A DNA stretch of 64,000 bases from assembly GCA_003344405.1 (NCBI GenBank), contig NOWV01000002.1, positions 1,116,001 through 1,180,000 on the forward strand, written 5' to 3'. Under the pieces are notes generated by a model. It did not search any database. It saw nothing but the letters and a program-made list of their open reading frames with translations, and was not told the origin of the DNA. The stretch's first letter is position 1. Each line of letters begins with the position of its first letter. Below, piece after piece: positions 45,501 through 59,143 of the stretch. A program made the position numbers and the translations under genes. This DNA is from Trichoplax sp. H2 (lineage: Eukaryota).

Positions 45501-48500
45501 CTATGAGAACAAAGTCTATGTTGGATTGTTGAAAGAAAACCCGCAAGGGGATTGATGAATTCGTCTTGGTTGTTGAGAATGGATAATACTCTCTCCAGCA
45601 CGACCATGCATAGGTCATGATAGACGAAAAAAAAAATGGTCGAATGTGCAGAAAGGTTGTTGGCCTTTCAGCCAGAAAATAATCGAGATCCATGTTGTAT
45701 TTTATTGCTGGAGAAATACGATATCCTTGTTTTATACCTTATCCAACTCTGTCCTACCAATGTCAGGGTTAATTCGCCCAATAACCCGTTTACTTTATAT
45801 CGAGTAGAAAGATCAAAAATGATGCGAAAGTGTAGAACAAGGGTAGAGAACGGTTGTGGCTTAATCAAGTAGAAAACTATCGAGATACATGTTGTATTTT
45901 ATTACTGGAGAAATACGATATCCTTGTTTTATACCTTATCCAACTCTGTCATACCAATGTCAGGGTTAATTCGCCAAATAACCCGTTGACTTTATATCGA
46001 GTAGAAAGATCAAAAATGATGCGAAAGTGTAGAACAAGGGTGGCTTATTAACTTAAAAGGTAGAGAACGGTTATAGCTTACTCAAGGAGAAAACGATCGA
46101 GATCTGAATTGTATTGGATTGCTGCAGAAATGCGATATCCTGTTTATACCTTGTCCAGTGCTGTCATGCTTAGGTCAGGGTTAATGTCATGTAGAAAGAT
46201 TTAAAAATGCTGCTCAAGTGTAGAAGAAGGGTAAGGGTAAAGAACGCTTGTCCCTTTCTGATCAAGGGGAAAACTATCGAGATCCATGTTTTATTTTATT
46301 GCTGGAGAATTGAGAATACCAGTACGGTAGCAAAATCAATATCCTATCGTCTATAGCAAATATATACTTCATACTATATAGTCAAGAATCAATTATGATG
46401 CCCACATTGGTTTGTCTCGCCATATGTTTTTACTTTTATATCAAGATCCAAGTAGAAAAAACTCTTTTGTCGGCAAGTTAAACCATTCAAATTGACTAGT
46501 AGACGAATATCAGTCTTGAGAAACCATGATAATATTTATACTATCCTATTGGAGGTGGGATACATGTACAAAAAATAGATGATTACTCTTTAACGCTAGC
46601 CATAACTGCATTCCATGTAGTCATCATCCTATTCTATGGAGTTCTTCATTGCGTATCTTGGCCATGATGAGAGAATTGCTATAGTAGTCGGAATGGATTA
46701 GTCCAAAAAAATGATTGCTTCTAGAAGGGTATACAGTATAATTATTCTTGACTGTAATACTACCATAAAATAGTCCAAATCACGTCTAAAATATCTTCCA
46801 ATTGGGTAAGAAAAAGAATTGCAAATCTCTTTTTGGCCTTTGGACATCTTGATTTCCTACGCATTTCACCGAGGCTAATGTTAACACGTATGTTAGCATA
46901 AGCAAATCAATCCAATGGCGGCAGTAGACATGTCTAAGTTAAAGAATGAAAATATTGAGAAATGATGATTTTAAAATAGAGTTGGCGTAAAAAGGCCGGT
47001 TGCAATCCATAACTAGAGCCAATTTTCCCGATATAGTCTGTCTATTGCTACCGGCTTGATCCAATTGTACAATATTGGAATAGATGAGCCTTACTAGCAA
47101 AATTGGTGGGTATCAAAACATTTTCAATCACTTGAATTCCTTGTATTGGATTGTAATCAGATCCAAGAATGAAGTTTAAACAGTTTCTTCTACCTCATTC
47201 TAATAATGACTAATCGAAAGCAATTTTACTTCAGTAGACCATCGATTTTCCTCATTAGAATGAATCTCCTGTTCCTCGACAATTGTCGTGTAGCAACACT
47301 ACAGTTTACACTAGAAAAGTCTTTCTACTTTCCACTTCTCTATGATAGACTCAAACCTACAACAACACTAGCATAAAGGATAACGATGGTGGCATTACTA
47401 GCTAAGGACTATTTTTCTAGGACATCAATTGATAGAGTATTAGACAACGTTAACTGATTTTTTTTTTCCATTGCCTATATAACTGGCATTCGAGTTATGT
47501 ATGTGGCAATGCCAAGGTACACCATGACTACAATATACTGTAAAATTGAAGGTCGAAAATAAAATAATTAATTACCCATCGGGAAATATCCATTGGATAC
47601 GACAATCATGTTGGGTTATGCTCTACTATTACGGACAGTATCGATGAATGATCGAGTTCATTTTTGCCACTGCTTTACTTTACTATATACAGTAATGAAT
47701 ATATTCCAACAGCATCTTTGACAGTTTCGAGATACGCCAACACTGGTGCAATAATTAATCGACTGTCATGATTAACAACGATCAAGACAAACGCTTATGG
47801 AATAGTATTACTGTAGAAGGGCATGGGCTATAAAATGGATCATCATTTTACGTTAGAAAAATTGGAAATGAAGCCTTTGCAAACGGCAAACCATGGCTAC
47901 GAGTGATCCAATTCTTGTACTCTAGTCGCAGAATGAATCAATTGTAACAAGAGGATAAAAAATATCGATTATTCCTCCACATATAATTTCAAATAACGCA
48001 TTGGAAGAGTATCGAAAAACAGCTACTATGTTAACAACTTTTCGGCACGCTTGTCCATATTGTACAGCACTAATTTCACGGAGCCAAATTAAAATGTCTG
48101 CTATTGGCATGAAAAGGTGGCGTAATTTCTCTGTTATGGATAGAAACCCCAATTTCAAATTGCCACCTTCAATCAAGAAAACTACTATACAGTATATACA
48201 GTAGTTTAGTACCATTACATTGCATTTTACTTTCCCATTTCTTTCTCTCTCTGTCGTCTATTTATTATCTTTCTCTGTCATAAAATAATCAACCACATAG
48301 TAGCTTATAACATGCTTATAATAGTCAATACTCAGTAGTACAATGTAAGAGTAAGATAGGAAGATTTTTGATTCAATGGCGGTTTCCATCGACTATCCAA
48401 GTCGACTTATTCAATAATAAAATCTGTCATGAAATTTTTTCCCCTCAATTCCCTGCCACCGCAATGGCCTTCATCTAGACATACCACTAACACCTTCATA

Positions 48501-51500
48501 ATCAACGTATTTGCTGCTAGCGAGCGATAGGATGACCAAATAATCTGTATTGACAATTTACTTTCCGTTGTCCTTCAATTGATTTTTACAATTGGGTGAT
48601 GAAGATATTGGAGATCTACTGTGGTCTATCAGCTCTATTACTGGAGATTTTTATACAAATTTTATTGCATAAAGCGATAAATAGCGCTTGTTGACTATGT
48701 TACGGCATGAGATACTGTTTTATCCTTGACGATAAATTAATGTTGGAGTAGTTGGTGTGATTAGTGAAATAAGTATCTAGGATATGGAAAGCAAGCCAGC
48801 TAGGTATGCTAATACAGGTATGGCAATTCGTCATACCAGTCAATAGGATGTCAGAAAAGATATCAAGCCAGTTGGATAGGCTAGTACAGTCAATTCTAGT
48901 GATTGGTAAAAAGAGTTAATAGGGTATCAGAAAAGATATTCAACTGGCTAGATCGATTAATATAATTTTGGTGATGAGTTAGGCAAGAGCGTTAAAAGAG
49001 ATGTCAAGCTGGCTAGGTATGCTAATCCAGTTCTGGGTGATGGTCATGAATTAGTTTAACCCATGATAAATGTCGGGAAAGATATCAAGCTGCCTAGGTA
49101 GGATAGCACAAATTCTGGGTAATTGTAGTTGATCGAGTAAATAGGATATCGGAAATGATGTTAAGCTACCTAGGCCATGTTAGTACATATTTTTCCAACA
49201 TCCTATTGACTCGTATAGTAGATTAGTGAATACTGTAGGAGTCTCAATAGGATGTTGGAAAAATATCAAGCGAGTACAATTTGAGGATTGGTAATAGGAA
49301 TGATAGCTGTCGGGTAAAAAAATATCAAACTGGTTAGGTACTCCATGATACTTTGACATTCTACACACAGTATGTGATGATCATTACAAGTAGACGAGTA
49401 GTATTTTCTTCTACGCGTAACTACGCTTAGATAGAATAAATTTTCATGTGGCAATACAAAACCAAACCGAGTTTTAAAAGTTGCATTTTATTATTGACCG
49501 TGAATTGCTATTACAGTAAATACAGTCACAGTAGACGTATACAGAAGGTAAATAAAGTCTGTTGTTTCCCAAGTTCTTCTAACCCTCCAAAGAAATCATT
49601 ACAATCGGCTATTCATCGGCTGATTAGAAAATGCAATTTTTTTTTCTTCAATATTAAACGATATATGAATAAATCGACTGTAGAATAGATTACGGTATAT
49701 CTTGATATAGGAAGATAACCGTTAAGTTGATAAATGGACTTGAAATTTATCATCCGTTCAAAAACAATAATTATTTTAACAATTTTCTCTCTTCATTCTT
49801 TCTTCTTCCAAAATCAATAGCAACAATTTGTAAAGTTCACTCATTTTGATTGCTTTCAATTTGACCTATAGAGTGTGTTATACCAATACACGGAAGGAAC
49901 ATTTAATCCCAAATTTATATCAACAGTGGGTATTGATTTCCACGAGAAACGTTTGGTAAGTAAAAATATGATTTAAACACCTATGAATTCTTCTAGCTAG
50001 AATATTTTTCTAGCTATCATTGGCTTTAGAGAGTTTTTGATGTACATTTTTTTTGGGTATGTAAAGAATAATTTTTTAATTGAATAAATTAAAAGTGATA
50101 TAGGATTTCAATAAATCGATGATAATACTATAATATGATAGAGTAACAATGATTGCCTCAATTTTATTTATTTATTATTTTATGGAAATAGAATAATCAT
50201 AATGTATATAAATATTATTTATCATCTCTGTAACCATAATATTGCTTTCGGCCGTAACGAGATGAGAAATGAATATTACTTTTTTGCGCTGATCATCATT
50301 ATACCATAGCTAAATACTATAGGAGACATGATATTGAATGATGGATTCTGCTACTACAGATAGTATTAAATGTCTTATCTCGTACGTTCAAACAATTGCA
50401 ATAATTGAATGGAAATCTTAACCTATTTTTTTTACCTTTACAATTTAAAATACAGAATAGATGCAATGGGATAAAATCGAGATTATAAATACTGGATAAT
50501 TAATTACGTTATCTTATATTTAGGAATCTACAATTGATTAGTCAGACACCTTTTACTATTTATGATCATCAATCATTTATACACTATACTTTTAAATATT
50601 AAGCCAAAGTACCACCGAGTAGAATAGAGATTCTATAAACATACTGTAATGGCTGTTTGTCAAACGTCAGATACATCTAGATAGATACCTGTCTTTCTAA
50701 TATACGTGTAAAATTTGACTTTATAAGCTCTGAAATGGTATATCCTATAGCACTAGATAGCATTTATGCTTGCTAGTAGGCATGACGTTATATTAGCACA
50801 TCTATAATCTTACTGCAAGTGTGCATTACTTTACGTAGTATAAAAACACATATGTAAAAATTGTAGAAATTTTAAAATTTTTTGGTAACTACTACACGGT
50901 AATAACTTATTTACAGTCAGATCTACAGTACTATTGTTTTACGCCACGTTCAATACATAACGGTCTTTGATCAAAATTATCCCCGTATGCCAGCTTAAAA
51001 ATGATCTTGTATACATTCGTTTTTTATGTATTAAAGTCTAAAATTATATTTCTGTTATCAATTTTAATTAGGTTTACAGACCTCAGGGCGGTACCGGAAG
51101 AGGTCAACGTGTGCATTTACAATTATGGGATACTGCAGGACAAGAAAGGTATGCTGTATTAATTTAGTAAATGTCAAGTATATAGAATTCGTATTCAGGA
51201 TCTTTATAGACATACTTTGGTAATTTCTAATAATTCCTTCATTGAATGTATAAAAATGTAATAATGTATGTATGTCATAACCCACCTTTTGACTATGCTA
51301 AACACGAATTATTATGATCTTTTCAATAATATCTATTAATCTTTATATGTTTCATCCTTTTTTTGCAACAATTTCATCATTTCATATTTCGTAGTTATCA
51401 TTTTATAAACGTGTAGCAATTTGTATGTAGTAGATAAATCGAATTTTTACCTGTAAGATGCTATCACAGCTCTTCAAAAAGCATCCTGTAAACAGTTATA

Positions 51501-52456
51501 TATTAATTTGCTTTATAGGGATCGAGTTAATACTAGTACAATTATTTAATATTTAAGCTGCATGTCGTCACTAACCAAGATAGATAAATTGGCTCTCTGT
51601 GAATAGCCTTGTATATTGTATAATCCATATTGTAATAGATTGTACTCTTATTTAAAAATATCAGTAAACATAAGCCATAGTAACAGAGCAATATAAGCGT
51701 TTATCTTTAAGAAACCTATAAAGTAAATAATCATAACACTTGCTGCAGAAATTGATAAGACTTGTTTTTGATTTCATTTCAAATTTACTCTCAGAAAGCA
51801 ATATATTAATTATCGTACTTTCTTTGTGTAACTAATTTCATATCTAAGCTAAAGCTTGAATGTACATAGGTATACTGTAGTAGTAGCGTAGATACAGAAA
51901 TGCAAACGTTTATTACGCGCTTAGCTATCATTTCTTAATTACTTGCTGATTATGCTGGAGCTATTCAATTTATTTATATTGATTTTTATGCCTTTTTTTT
52001 GTGTACAGATTTCGCAGCTTAACAACGGCCTTTTTCCATGATGCCATGGGATTTTTGTTAGTATTCGATTTAACTAATCGCCAGTCCTTTCGTAACATTC
52101 AAGACTGGATATCTCAGCTGCAAACTCATGCATATTGCGAAAATCCAGAAGTAGTGCTTATAGGAAATAAAATAGATTTAGCAGAATCTCGAGAGATTGC
52201 TGAAGATGAAGGTAAAAAGTTAGCTCGAGACTTGGGAAATGTGGAATATTTTGAGACAAGCGCTGCTAATGGTATTAACATCGATAAAGCTGTTGATTGT
52301 TTACTTCATAAAGTCATGAAAAGAATGGAGACGACTCTAGATAAGTCTAGTCTACCTGTGGTACCAGGCAAACGACCTGAGGACGTCAGGACACTTGATC
52401 ACCAACAAGTAGATGCAATTGAAAATGATCATTCTTCTTCATGTAAGGCTTGCTAA
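42586..52456 (+). CDS. RAB27: Ras-related small GTPase Rab27 (exons 42586-42660, 49872-49955, 51072-51148, 52009-52456; 227 aa)
   Basis: [101 protein letters not shown]. These are Rab27-diagnostic motifs, and the CDS is 684 nt. Confidence 0.96.
42686..42748. repeat. (GT)n microsatellites and a poly-G run just after the Rab27 exon-1 donor
   Basis: Two TGTG runs and a G run at ~42737-42748 are directly visible. Confidence 0.85.
45670..46310. repeat. ~200-bp tandem repeat in Rab27 intron 1 (2 near-identical copies, 1 diverged, 1 partial)
   Basis: ATCGAGAT..ATGTTGTATTTTATT.CTGGAGAAATACGATATCC...GTAGAAAGATCAAAAATGATGCGAAAGTGTAGAACAAGGG is repeated. It explains the duplicated ORFs 45636..45872 and 45854..46051. 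Confidence 0.92.
48775..49340. repeat. Degenerate ~60-75-bp tandem repeat in Rab27 intron 1
   Basis: An ATAGGAT.TC.GAAA.GATATCAAGC.G.CTAGGTA-like motif recurs about 8 times. Confidence 0.7.
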
Positions 52457-52790
52457 CTGCCTTGTTTTCACATGTTTTATTAGTCCTATATCCTATTTTC
52501 ACATATTATCCTTTCAGTTTGTTATCACTATTATGTTAACTTGATACTATATACATACCAACCGTATTATTCAAATTACTTATTATTTAAGTGATAACTG
52601 ATACCATCAAATTTTTTGAATTATCGAATATCATAGCATATGGACTAGAGAGCGAATCTTTTAGATTCGTAGCTTTATCGAGTATAATTTGTCATAGTTA
52701 TAAATTGGTTAATAATCAATTAATAGTAAAATCAGAAGAATATTCGTGTTATAATGTGCTTTTACTTAGTTTTATAAGCATTACTATCTG

Positions 52791-52860
52791 TTTTTCTCTC
52801 TCTCTCTCTCTATATATATATCTGCCTCCATATATATATTTACGTATATTATATACATAC
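52791..52860. repeat. (CT)n(AT)n microsatellite in the presumed Rab27 3' UTR
   Basis: TTTTTCTCTCTCTCTCTCTCTATATATATA... is directly visible. Confidence 0.85.
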
Positions 52861-55361
52861 CGTATGTGCATGATGTATGATATTATTGTTATACTAATAT
52901 TACTACATCAACGCGTCCATCATGACGATTTCTGATTGCCCGTACTATAATAATAAGGCTTCTAAATACGTGTATTTACCATGCGAGTATAGTTTCGTAA
53001 GTAGACTACATAGCAAATTCCTTCGTAACAGCCCTACTGTCCAATAGGTGATTTTGTTAGCAATCTAACCTGTTCTAACTTAACCAAGATAGTTATAAAG
53101 TAATGATATCGATAGTATGCTTTGCTTAAAATTTGCTATGTAGTGAGTGCAACATTCTTCTGGCTATCATTTAAGATTAGGTTAAAATTGCTTTTATTGA
53201 AGCCTTTGCTATAATGTAGTATGAACCTTAATACAACGATCTGATTAGTCATATTCATTATTGCTATATTATTTCTTGAAAATTTGTTATAATTAGGGTC
53301 ATGTAAGTTAAATATTGTTTCAAATATGGCTGAAAATTTGCTATTTAATATTATTTATCGTAAAATTTTGCAAATAACGCAATCGTAACGAAGTTGTTTG
53401 CGGCTGTCAACTATTTATATTATTGCACACTCTGTTGAAATTGCTACTAAACTGTTCATGGATGGTGATAAAGTTATAGATTCTCCAATCTGTACTTTAT
53501 ATCTTGTGAGCTATCAGTGCAACGTGCTAATTTTACCTGATCAATTCGCATCATCAAATTTGGAAACATCTTAATATAAATTGCGGTCACACATAATTAT
53601 CTTTGGAAAATCATTTTGCTATTCTAGATAGAGTAGGATCCTAAAATTTGAACTGATCTACAATATTTATTTTGGTATTATTCGTGGCCACCCCAAGAAA
53701 ATCTTCAATGCAAATGCTTTTTCCGCAACAGCCAAGTTATTGTCATATTTATGATGAGATAAAAATATATATTCAGTGCATCTAGCCATGGCAGTTTATA
53801 ATTCTTTACCAAGACTTGCTTTCTAAACTGCTAAGCGTTTAGGGTTACGCTTATAATCATAATAGTTATAGCAGATCGATGCATCTGTATCGAATAAAAT
53901 TGCACCTTAACCATTGATATAAAACAAATTATTGTGTGCGTTGTGCTGTTTTTGTGTATTTATTGCAGTTACTTCAGTCGAAAGCTAATTCATTAGCATT
54001 ATAGATTTCACATGATGCGATCCGCTTACTTAGTTGAATAGTGAAACAAAATTCCATAATGTAATTTAAAGATTGAGCTAGCCATTCTAAAATTTATGGA
54101 ATACCGAAGGTTTTCCATTCAGAATTTCGAGACAGCAGCTTTGCTTTTACTTTAAATATATAATTTAATGCCTACTTCAGCTTCTTCATTAGATCAAGTA
54201 TGAACTGACAAATTCATCTACTTGAACAGCGGCCTACCGCAAAGTTAGATATGCGACCTATATACCCATAACTTTCCAATCGTGAGGGTTTATTACGATT
54301 GCAGCACCGCTAAATGATGATTATAATCATACGTGTTAACACTCTAAAGTTATAAATAACGTAATACCGTGAGATCATTAAATGCATTTTTAAGAATATA
54401 AATACTACCATGCTAGTATATCAGCGTGTTATAATCACAGCTAAATTAATAGATACGTCGTACAGTACTATAACTATTTGTTCATTACCAAAAATAATAA
54501 TCTTCAAACATTATTAACGAAATAATCCTTATTCTACTACGTGCTAATATTGTGCAGTCAATTACTATCATACTTTAAATCGTATCTATGGTTCCGGGAA
54601 ATAACAACTGCCTACTGCAGTATTTCTCTGGAGTTAGAGAAATTTTATCATACATTTTCTAGCTGTTCAAATTATAAAACAATGATATCAAATCAATTTC
54701 ATATACACTAGTATTTCAACTTGCGCTCCGTCTATCCGCTAGTATACAATTTTTGATTCAAATATTACAACTACGTAAAATCCATTCAAGTGAAACGTAC
54801 ATACATACTTGTAGTACAGTACTGTGGCTTTTCACTACAGTAGTAACAGCGATTCAAATTTAACGAAAGCAAGGCACAAATAATTTTTCATATAAGATAT
54901 TATTAATAGTGGTAGTAAAATTCTATAATGAAATATCCATTATTGTCTCTAAATGGTGAGAATTGCTTTACCAAAGCCACAATCAAATTAACTTTTAGTC
55001 ACAAGTATAACATCAGCCTAGTCCAAGTTAACAGAGCCATAATAAATCTTAGATAATTATTAGGACAATAATATCCAATATCCAGAATTATTGCGTTTGT
55101 TGCAATAATAAAATATTTACTTTAAAACGTCATAGTAATCGAGAATAAAATCAGCAAGAAGGATAAGGATGAGTGACCGGCGAAAAAAAAGTCTGAGTAA
55201 AAATTTGATCGCGTATGGTTTACCAACTATACCGTCAAATTTATCAAGCAAATCTCTAAAATTGCCTTTGGTAAGATAAGAAATAAAGCAATCGACAATT
55301 TACACTAAAACAATACAGAAATACATAATATTAGTTGTGATAGCTTCAAGATAATTTCAAC

Positions 55362-58300
55362 TTAGGCGGAATTTTCAATGAATCGGGATGCCACTTCTTT
55401 GACTTGTCGATATAGATTGTCAGCTTTCATCATAATTTCTTCGTTGGCTTTATATCTTCTTAACTGAGTATAGTTTTATTGAAGACCAGATTTAGAAACA
55501 CATTACATACAATAGAAAGTAAAGTAAACTAGGCTTGCTACCTTTTTAATTGTTAATATTAGGTCTTTATTTTTTACGATCGCCTCGGCAGATAAATTGG
55601 TCACTTCAATATCGTTTAGAATGCTTAAACAGCGATTAATGTCCTATAATTAATTATATAACCACATTGGAACAATTCAAAAAATTTTGACAAAAAGATT
55701 TCTAGTTTATTTATCAAATTAGCACGATCTTGAGCCACTAAAAATACCAATCCTAAAATAATTATCAAGAATCACTTGTTTATATAGTAAGATATACCGG
55801 TGAATCAACTTTCATCGATTCTCTTAGCGATAGAGATAGTCTCTTCAAATGTGAGTCAGCTGTTATTGATGTAGGAACTTCCTTAGCCTGAGGTACTGAC
55901 TTATCGGAATCAAGCGTAGATTTCATATCAGCTTTGGCTCGAGTCATTTCATTACGAGGCTCATTACTCTCAGAATCACGTTCTTTACTTTCATCTATAG
56001 TACAATAATTGAAAGAATTGTATGATTTTAATTTAATCGATAAGCCGATAGATTTTATTCATTTAGCAACTAATATAGATAACCTTTTATCTGTTTCTTT
56101 CCTTCCATTTTGCGCGCTAGTAATTCTTTCTTCTTTCGTTCTTTAAGGGCTTGTTTTCGCTTTTCCTTTTCAGCTTCCTTTTTAGCTCTGATATTGAGCG
56201 TTGTGTTAAGTATTAATACTTGGTATTATAAATCCATGCAAAATTTTACACAGAATGAAATAAAACTCTATATATTGTCGATACATCATTTGGTACTCAC
56301 ATTTTTTGCTGAAGCTTTTCAGCCTTACGCTTTTCTTTTTCTACTTTCTTTTGCCCTTCATCTATCCATCAATATTAGTAATTTAAATTGTTTTAATCAA
56401 TATCTACAACTAAAGGTTATTCCAATCTTAATAGCTTCGATAACTAATACTTGCACCATGCATTAACGTACAAGAACTGTAATATTTTCCTTACTTTTAT
56501 CGTCTTCTTTTCCATTGGTGTGGCCGCTATTATCCGTTACAACACTAGCCGTGCCAGTACCTATCGAAATTTTGAGTTTTATACCCGCGGTTGCTGACTG
56601 ACTATTCTTCTTACTCTTTTTTTCACTATCTTCTTTTATAGAACGTTTTACTGTATAAATGAAGAAAGTCAGACTTTAATCGATTAAATCTTTAAAAGTA
56701 GCCGGTACACATAGCAGAAGAGATATTCTATGAGCGCATCCAAACGTTCGATGATCTAGCGAGTTGTTTACGTTTTGAAATACAACGACTACGTAGATTT
56801 TATAATAGTTAACTGCTACTTCTTTCCAAGTAAAATATAACTTTATCTCATTAAAAGCACAAAGTGATCCGTTCTAGATTATAGATCATTTCACTTTATT
56901 GCTAATACCCAGAGAAAAGAGCTACCGTAATGACCACTGCAGCACAGAATATAGCATAAGTTCGTCAAAAAATGGAAGAGCTCCAAGATAAATTATTAAT
57001 TTTACGTAATATAATTAATAATTATTATACAAGATAAAAAAATGAAAAAAAAAATTTAATCTGAAGTATATACGTATTCTTCTAATCTATCTCTGTTAAT
57101 TAATACAGATTCGAGTCCAATTAATAATATGAAATTGTACCATAGATATCAATCACAAGGTCAATATATTAAAAATGATACTCCAATTACTATTTTTACT
57201 ACACTGCTAATTTTTAACCCATTACTACAAGTACAGTACCGTCTCCAGGGTGCTCTTCATCAGATGACACATCAAATCTACTTTGATTCTCTTTTCTCAC
57301 AACATCCATCATTTTCGACGTAATAAGACCAAATTGTGAATTTTTGCCTTCACCAGTAACTTCAGCAGGCGGTTCAACGTCATCTGACTCATTATATACA
57401 GTTGTTTTAAGTTTTTTTGAAGTAGTTTTAGCTTTTGATTTAGCTTTTCGTTTAATAGTTAATTTAGGAATGGATTCTTTGCTTTTTTTAGTCTAATGAT
57501 GTCAGAGAGAACAGGCACATTGGTCAATTAATATTTCTTTATAATTATTCATTGGAATTGTACATTGTGAGGATATATCCATTTCTACCTAGATCATCTT
57601 ACTATAGATTATAACCGTTTAAGTACATAAAATATTATTTGAAAGTTTTCAAAATTAGCGATCACTACAAATTATTAGTAAACTAGTTCTTCAACCCCGA
57701 GAAGAGATCCGTAACACCAATAAATATTATTTTTGAAACGCTTAAGTAAGAGGCAACAGTAATCATACAAGTTGTTATCAATAATGTTAATTTCTAGTAT
57801 TAATTATGAACAAATAGTAGAATAGTGAGAAAATAAAGCACAGCTGGAGTTGATTATTTTAAGCATATGCTAAATTAGAAAATAGGATTGATCATTACAA
57901 CTTTTTATATTTAAATGCATAGATTTAATGCTATTCGTTATAAAAATAATATACGTAGCGTTTTCATTAGATAAAATTTTGTAATACCTTTCATAGATCA
58001 ACTAAATAATCCTACTTCTTGATATTAATTACGGTATTAAAATATTGACCTAAATATTCTTAATATTGTACTTACCACAGAAACAGATACGTTATCAGGT
58101 AAAGGAGTGATCGCATCGTCAGCATGCTCATTTGGCTGCTATAATAGCAAGATTGCATTTTCAAGATGGTTAAAATTTTGATAGCATATTAACATGATAT
58201 TGTTACAATGTAGTCTGGTAAAATCTCCTTGATTAATTTTTAAATGAAGATTAATCAATTACCGTATTATCAGCAGCGTTGTTATCAGCTTCATGCACAG

Positions 58301-59143
58301 ATTTGGTAGTTGATGTGTTTTGTTTGTCTGTTTGGGTCTCGTCAGGTGGGTTGCTCTGAAATTCTTCATCTACATCAGCAATATCCTCAGTAGACTGCAA
58401 TTGCGTAGCATGGTGTTCAATTTCTGCTAATGCTTGAAGGAAAATTTTATTTTTTTTTGATTTTGCAAATTTCTCCTTATTCTTTTCGTATGGAAATACA
58501 TTGTTAGGCAGTATAAAGCCACTGCAATAGTAGAAAAACAAAAGTAGAAGGATACATTTTAAGTTAGATGAAGTGACTACAATTTAAAAAGAGCGTAAGA
58601 CAAATACGATGCAATTCATGGATAGAAACATTTGGTTGTGCTAAGCAACAACATCAATTGATATCGTAATTGGTATCATGTTGAAGATTCTTAATCAGAT
58701 GTTCAACTTTTACGACGCATTTTGTTGACATACGCGTATCTATTGCATATTGATCAATCTTGACGCTAATACGAACCCAGAGGTCGTTTTCTATGGAAAT
58801 ATAGCTAAAATTTATAATTTACAATAAGTACAAATGTGCACTGTATGTAAACATAAATTTAGCTTCTCTAAAACTAGAACACAATCTTTAACATACCTTG
58901 TATGTAATCAAGTTAACGTACTCAAGTATACTGGGCTGTACTGAGCCAAATCAAATTCAATTATTGACTATGATGAGGTACTCTATGGTGAAAGACTTGA
59001 ACTTACACTTCATCACTACCAAAAAAGCGAACAGTAACTTTACTCTTCTTTACACCATTTCTGCTATCAACAAAAGCGGGCCAAGGCGGATGACCTTTAA
59101 TCTTTGCCCAAACCAAATCTCCATCTTTAAATTTTGAAGCCAT
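55362..59143 (-). CDS. HDGFL2: PWWP + integrase-binding-domain chromatin reader, HDGFL2(HRP-2)/LEDGF family (exons 59143-59007, 58521-58263, 58138-58076, 57492-57240, 56650-56495, 56361-56301, 56187-56084, 55994-55798, 55643-55542, 55463-55362; 477 aa)
   Basis: N-terminal PWWP: FKDGDLVWAKIKGHPPWPA...VRFFGSDEVGFI....VFPYEKNKEKFAK...FLQALAEIE. Lys-rich middle. C-terminal IBD: LKRL...MKVDSPDINRCL..L...KN.DLI.TIKKLRRYKANEEIM.KA..LY. The CDS is 1,434 nt. The symbol is family-level, since the gene may be co-orthologous to PSIP1. Confidence 0.9.

Noticed and set aside
43354..49688. ORFs inside Rab27 intron 1
   Set aside because: No recognisable motifs; several derive from the 200-bp tandem repeat.
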